Shown here: one piece after another, positions 60,298 through 64,000 of the stretch
Numbering within the stretch: the stretch's first letter is position 1
Layout: each line of letters starts with the position of its first letter
Source of the DNA: Candidatus Hydrogenedentota bacterium
GTDB taxonomy: Bacteria > Hydrogenedentota > Hydrogenedentia > Hydrogenedentales > SLHB01
Assembly (NCBI GenBank): GCA_963674865.2
Contig: CAXXYE010000009.1
Coordinates: forward strand, 544,001 to 608,000
Reading direction: 5' to 3'
DNA: 64,000 bases
Translations under genes and position numbers: made by a program
The notes under the pieces: generated by a model
The model's database searches: none
Told to the model about the DNA's origin: nothing
What the model saw: only the letters and a program-made list of their open reading frames with translations

Positions 60298-61635
60298 CTA
60301 CTTCGGAAGGTACTCCTCGAGCATATCCGAGCTGATATCGCCGCGGCGGAAACGATCGCTCGCGACGACACGCGCACAAAGGCCTGCCGTGCTCTTCACG
60401 CCGTCCAGAGCAAACTCCTCAAGAGCACCGACAAGTCGCACAATGGCCTCCTCGCGGTTCCGCCCGCGGGCGATGACCTTGGCGAGAAGGGAATCGTAGT
60501 ACCTTGGGACAGTATACCCCGTGAAAAGATGCGTATCCACCCGAATGCCCGGCCCCCCCGGGATATGGCATGCCTTCACATGGCCCGGCGAAGGCGCGAA
60601 GCCGGCGTCGGGATCTTCGGCATAGACGCGGGCCTCGATAGCGTGGCCCGTGGGCCGGGGCGCGTTGTAGCCGAGAGGCTCTCCTGAGGCGATCCGGATT
60701 TGCTCGCTGACGAGGTCAAGCCCGGTCACCTCCTCAGTCACCGGGTGCTCCACCTGAATGCGCGCGTTGAACTCGATGAAGTAGAACTGGCCATCGCGCG
60801 CAAGGATGAACTCCGCTGTACCGGCGTTGACATAGCCGACGGCACGGGCGGCCTTGACCGCAGCCTTGGCCATTCTTGTTCTCAGAGAGCTGTTGAGGGC
60901 GGTCGAAGGCGACTCCTCAATCAGTTTCTGGTGTCGGCGCTGAATCGTGCATTCCCGCTCGCCAAGACAGACGACCTTGCCGTGGTTGTCTGCAAGGATT
61001 TGGAACTCGATATGGCGTGCATCCTCAACGAATTTCTCGATATATACGCCACTGTCGCCAAACGCCGCCAGCGCTTCCGTCGACGCCATGCTCAGGGCAT
61101 GCTTGAGGGCCACGTCATTGTGGGCGATGCGCATCCCTTTGCCGCCGCCGCCCGCCGAGGCCTTGATGAGAACGGGGAAACCGATCTCTTTTGCCAAGGC
61201 AAGGGCGTCACCCGGATCCTCGATCAAGCCCTCACTGCCAGGCACGGTGGGAACACCGACCTCCCGGACCTTCGTCCGACAGGCGGCTTTGTCGCCGGTG
61301 AGCGCGATCGCCTCCGGCGTAGGCCCAATAAAACCGATGTTACAGTCGCGGCAAATGGTCGCAAACTTGGGATTCTCCGCGAGAAATCCGTATCCCGGGT
61401 GGATGGCCTGGGCGTCGGACACCTCAGCGGCCGCAATGATGCCCGGGATGTTGAGGTAACTCTCGGTAGGACTGGGCGGGCCGATACAGATGCTTTCGTC
61501 GGCCAATGAGGCGTGGAGGCTCTCCTGGTCGGCGGAAGAGTGGATAGCTATCGAGACAATGCCCGCTTCGCGGCAAGCGCGAATGATTCGGACTGCGATT
61601 TCGCCACGATTGGCTATGAGGATGCGCCGGATCAT
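60298..61635 (-). CDS. accC: Acetyl-CoA carboxylase biotin carboxylase
   Basis: ANRGEIA, HPGYGFLAEN, GGGGKG, QRRHQK, RIQVEH. Confidence 0.97.
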   Translation of the reverse strand: MIRRILIANRGEIAVRIIRACREAGIVSIAIHSSADQESLHASLADESICIGPPSPTESYLNIPGIIAAAEVSDAQAIHPGYGFLAENPKFATICRDCNIGFIGPTPEAIALTGDKAACRTKVREVGVPTVPGSEGLIEDPGDALALAKEIGFPVLIKASAGGGGKGMRIAHNDVALKHALSMASTEALAAFGDSGVYIEKFVEDARHIEFQILADNHGKVVCLGERECTIQRRHQKLIEESPSTALNSSLRTRMAKAAVKAARAVGYVNAGTAEFILARDGQFYFIEFNARIQVEHPVTEEVTGLDLVSEQIRIASGEPLGYNAPRPTGHAIEARVYAEDPDAGFAPSPGHVKACHIPGGPGIRVDTHLFTGYTVPRYYDSLLAKVIARGRNREEAIVRLVGALEEFALDGVKSTAGLCARVVASDRFRRGDISSDMLEEYLPK

Positions 61636-61643
61636 TAGATCGC

Positions 61644-62114
61644 CTAACCGACTTCAAGGGGCCGCACGGCGAAGAGCGGCTGCCCGAATTCGACCGGCTC
61701 ACCGTTCTCGACGAGGACACGCTCGATGACCGCCGGGAACTTCGCCGGGACTTCGTTCATCAGCTTCATCGCCTCGACGATGCAAACGGTCTGGTTCTCT
61801 TCGACGGTATCCCCAGGACTAACAAAGGCCGACTCACCGGGCGCCGGGGCCGCGTAGAACGTCCCGACCATCGGCGAGTCGATGGTTTCGAGTTCCTCCT
61901 CCTCCTCGACGGCTTCGGGAGCCGCAGCGACAGGCGGCGGCGCTACAACGGGAATCGGCGGCGCATCCACATGCGTAACCACCGGCGTCGAAACGGAGAC
62001 CTTCGGCCGCGACTTCTTCAGGCGGAGCTTGAGCCCCTCCTCTTCCATTTCGATCTCGGTTAATTCCGACGCCTCGAAAACCTTGATGATTTCGTGGAGT
62101 TTGTCGAGGTCCAC
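61644..62114 (-). CDS. accB: Biotin carboxyl carrier protein
   Basis: SPMVGTFY, EAMKLMN. Confidence 0.97.
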   Translation of the reverse strand: MDLDKLHEIIKVFEASELTEIEMEEEGLKLRLKKSRPKVSVSTPVVTHVDAPPIPVVAPPPVAAAPEAVEEEEELETIDSPMVGTFYAAPAPGESAFVSPGDTVEENQTVCIVEAMKLMNEVPAKFPAVIERVLVENGEPVEFGQPLFAVRPLEVG

Positions 62115-62156
62115 TGGGCCAACCCTCCGTACTGGACGCCATGCCCCTTGGTTTGT

Positions 62157-62717
62157 CTAACTGATGCGCTCGATGTACTCGCCAGAACGTGTATCGACTT
62201 TGATCACGTCGCCCTCGTTAAGAAACAGAGGGACCTGGACCACTGCGCCCGTCTCCAGTGTGGCGGGCTTGGTCCCTCCGGACGCGCGATCACCCTGCAC
62301 GGCGGGATCGCTCTTTTCGATCCTGAGTTCAACGAAGATAGGAAGATTAGCGCCGATCACCTTCCCGCTGTAAAAGACGAGCCCCACGTCTTCGTTTTCC
62401 TTGAGCCAACGTGCATCGTCGCCGAGCACGTCGTGCCCGACGGCCGTCTGCTCGTAGGACTCTTTGTGCATGAAATGGAACAGATCGCCGTCGTGATAGA
62501 GGTATTGAAAGGGCTCTACTTCGAGGCGCGCCTCTTCCATCCGCTCGCCCGCCCGAAAGGTCCTGTCAATCACACGGCCATTCAATACATTCTTCAGCCG
62601 TGTACGAACGAAGGCGCCTCCCTTGCCGGGCTTGACGTGCTGAAACTCGACGATCTCGAAGAGAACGTCATCCTGGAGGATAACCATGCCATTGCGAAAA
62701 TCTGCGGTAGAAACCAT
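62157..62717 (-). CDS. efp: Elongation factor P
   Basis: HVKPGKGGAF, KPATLETG, VPLF. Confidence 0.98.
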   Translation of the reverse strand: MVSTADFRNGMVILQDDVLFEIVEFQHVKPGKGGAFVRTRLKNVLNGRVIDRTFRAGERMEEARLEVEPFQYLYHDGDLFHFMHKESYEQTAVGHDVLGDDARWLKENEDVGLVFYSGKVIGANLPIFVELRIEKSDPAVQGDRASGGTKPATLETGAVVQVPLFLNEGDVIKVDTRSGEYIERIS

Positions 62718-62719
62718 GG

Positions 62720-63787
62720 CTACAGAACGTGTAACTCCTTGCTTGAATCAGTCAGGCGGTCGCAACCCTCATCGGTGAGCACGACAAGATCCTCAATCCG
62801 CACGCCGCCCTGCCCGGAAAGGTAGATCCCCGGCTCAATGGTGACAACCATTCCCGCCTCGAGGATCGTATCGGACTCGGAATTCAGCCGGGGCGACTCA
62901 TGTACTTCGATGCCCACGCCATGGCCCAGGCCATGGCCGAATCGCTCCCCATATCCGGACGCCGAGATCACATCCCGCGCCACCGCATCGAGTTCCCGGC
63001 AACGCATCCCCGGCCGGGCCGCTTGAAGCGCGGCCACCTGCGCCCTAAGTGTTATTTCATAGATTTCCTCGAACCAAGTTCCAGGCATCCTACCGAATAC
63101 ATAAGTACGAGTCAAGTCAGAGCAGTAACCGGCCTTACGGCAACCGAGGTCCAAGAGCACAACGTCCCCCGGCGCGAGGACCGCGTCACCCGGCTGCCCA
63201 TGCGGCAGCGATGTACGGGCGCCAAACAGGACGATAGTGTCGAACGCCGCCCCGGCGGCGCCGCGGCGCTTGAATTCATACTCGAACCGCGCCGCCAGCT
63301 CTCGCTCCGTTGTGCCTTCGCGAAGGTCGGCCACGAGGTCGCCGAGAACGGACTCGGCAAGCTCGGACGCCTCGCGTATCAACGCGACTTCCTCGCGGCT
63401 CTTGATGCGCCGCAACGCGGCAGCCATCTCCGGCTCGGGGAGGAATATCCCCCCTGCGGCATCGCTCACCGTAGTCAGGTCGTGCACGGATGTCACGGTG
63501 GGATCGAAAGCCGTCTTGGCAATACCTAGAGAATGCAGCCGCTCTCCCAGGCGCGCCCCCAGATTGCCCTGTATCTCCGCGATTTCCCAACCGCGGACCT
63601 GCTCATGCGCTTGCTCAACGTAGCGAAAATCACAGAAAAACAGCGCCTGTTCAGCGGTTACGATAACGCCTGACGTACTCCCGAGAAATCCCGTCAAATA
63701 CTGGTTGGCCGGCGGCGACAAACTGAAGAAGGCATCGACTCCCGCCCGCTCGATGGCCGCCCGCAAGACATCGAGGCGTTCCCTCAT
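62720..63787 (-). CDS. Xaa-Pro aminopeptidase (M24 family)
   Basis: [40 protein letters not shown]. Confidence 0.93.
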   Translation of the reverse strand: MRERLDVLRAAIERAGVDAFFSLSPPANQYLTGFLGSTSGVIVTAEQALFFCDFRYVEQAHEQVRGWEIAEIQGNLGARLGERLHSLGIAKTAFDPTVTSVHDLTTVSDAAGGIFLPEPEMAAALRRIKSREEVALIREASELAESVLGDLVADLREGTTERELAARFEYEFKRRGAAGAAFDTIVLFGARTSLPHGQPGDAVLAPGDVVLLDLGCRKAGYCSDLTRTYVFGRMPGTWFEEIYEITLRAQVAALQAARPGMRCRELDAVARDVISASGYGERFGHGLGHGVGIEVHESPRLNSESDTILEAGMVVTIEPGIYLSGQGGVRIEDLVVLTDEGCDRLTDSSKELHVL

Positions 63788-64000
63788 CGCGTCAGGAGCC
63801 CCTTGGCGGCGATGAGTGCGAGGCGGTAACTATCCGCCCCGAAGCCCACGATTTGCCCAGCGGATACCGGGGCGGTATAGGAGTGCCTCCGGAATTCCTC
63901 ACGGGCATGTACGTTGGAGAGATGCGCCTCGATGGTCGGAATACCCACGGCCGCAATGGCGTCCCGAAGGGCCACGCTGGTGTGCGTGTAGGCGCCGGGA
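63784..64000 (-). CDS. aroQ: Type II 3-dehydroquinate dehydratase (partial, 5' end outside window)
   Basis: [29 protein letters not shown]. Confidence 0.95.
   Translation of the reverse strand, partial: PGAYTHTSVALRDAIAAVGIPTIEAHLSNVHAREEFRRHSYTAPVSAGQIVGFGADSYRLALIAAKGLLTR

Overview
High-GC bacterial chromosomal window, mostly housekeeping. It looks like a diderm anaerobe or facultative anaerobe; the mix of URO-D paralogs, large SRP RNA and Firmicutes-like efp-accBC-asp23 order suggests a lineage such as Hydrogenedentes (weak inference). Recognisable loci: rpoN, thiF-thiG-thiH-thiS-thiE, an MsbA-like ABC exporter, guaB-guaA, large SRP RNA (ffs)-dnaX, aspS, a PilB/GspE ATPase, HU/IHF-tatC-tatB, trpE-trpG and aroQ-pepQ-efp-accB-accC-asp23-amaP-hisF. 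Accessory parts: a complete IS30-family element (inverted repeats plus GTG target duplication) beside a membrane/HEAT-protein island, a Phd-VapC toxin-antitoxin pair with its operator, REP/MITE-like palindromes and an orphan HEPN-like gene. Three genes are split by single frameshifts, possibly assembly indels. Most notable: (1) an intact 763-aa class III ribonucleotide reductase homolog with two ATP cones that lacks both the catalytic finger-loop cysteines and the glycyl-radical domain, followed by a candidate GGA-rich structured RNA; (2) a rhomboid protease paired with a TatA-like/J-domain fusion; (3) a stand-alone serine-recombinase DNA-binding domain with its own promoter; (4) a 53-aa Cys-rich ORF missed by the ORF track; (5) a 6S-like RNA before aspS and a terminator in the guaB leader. 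All calls come from reading motifs by eye; no searches were run.
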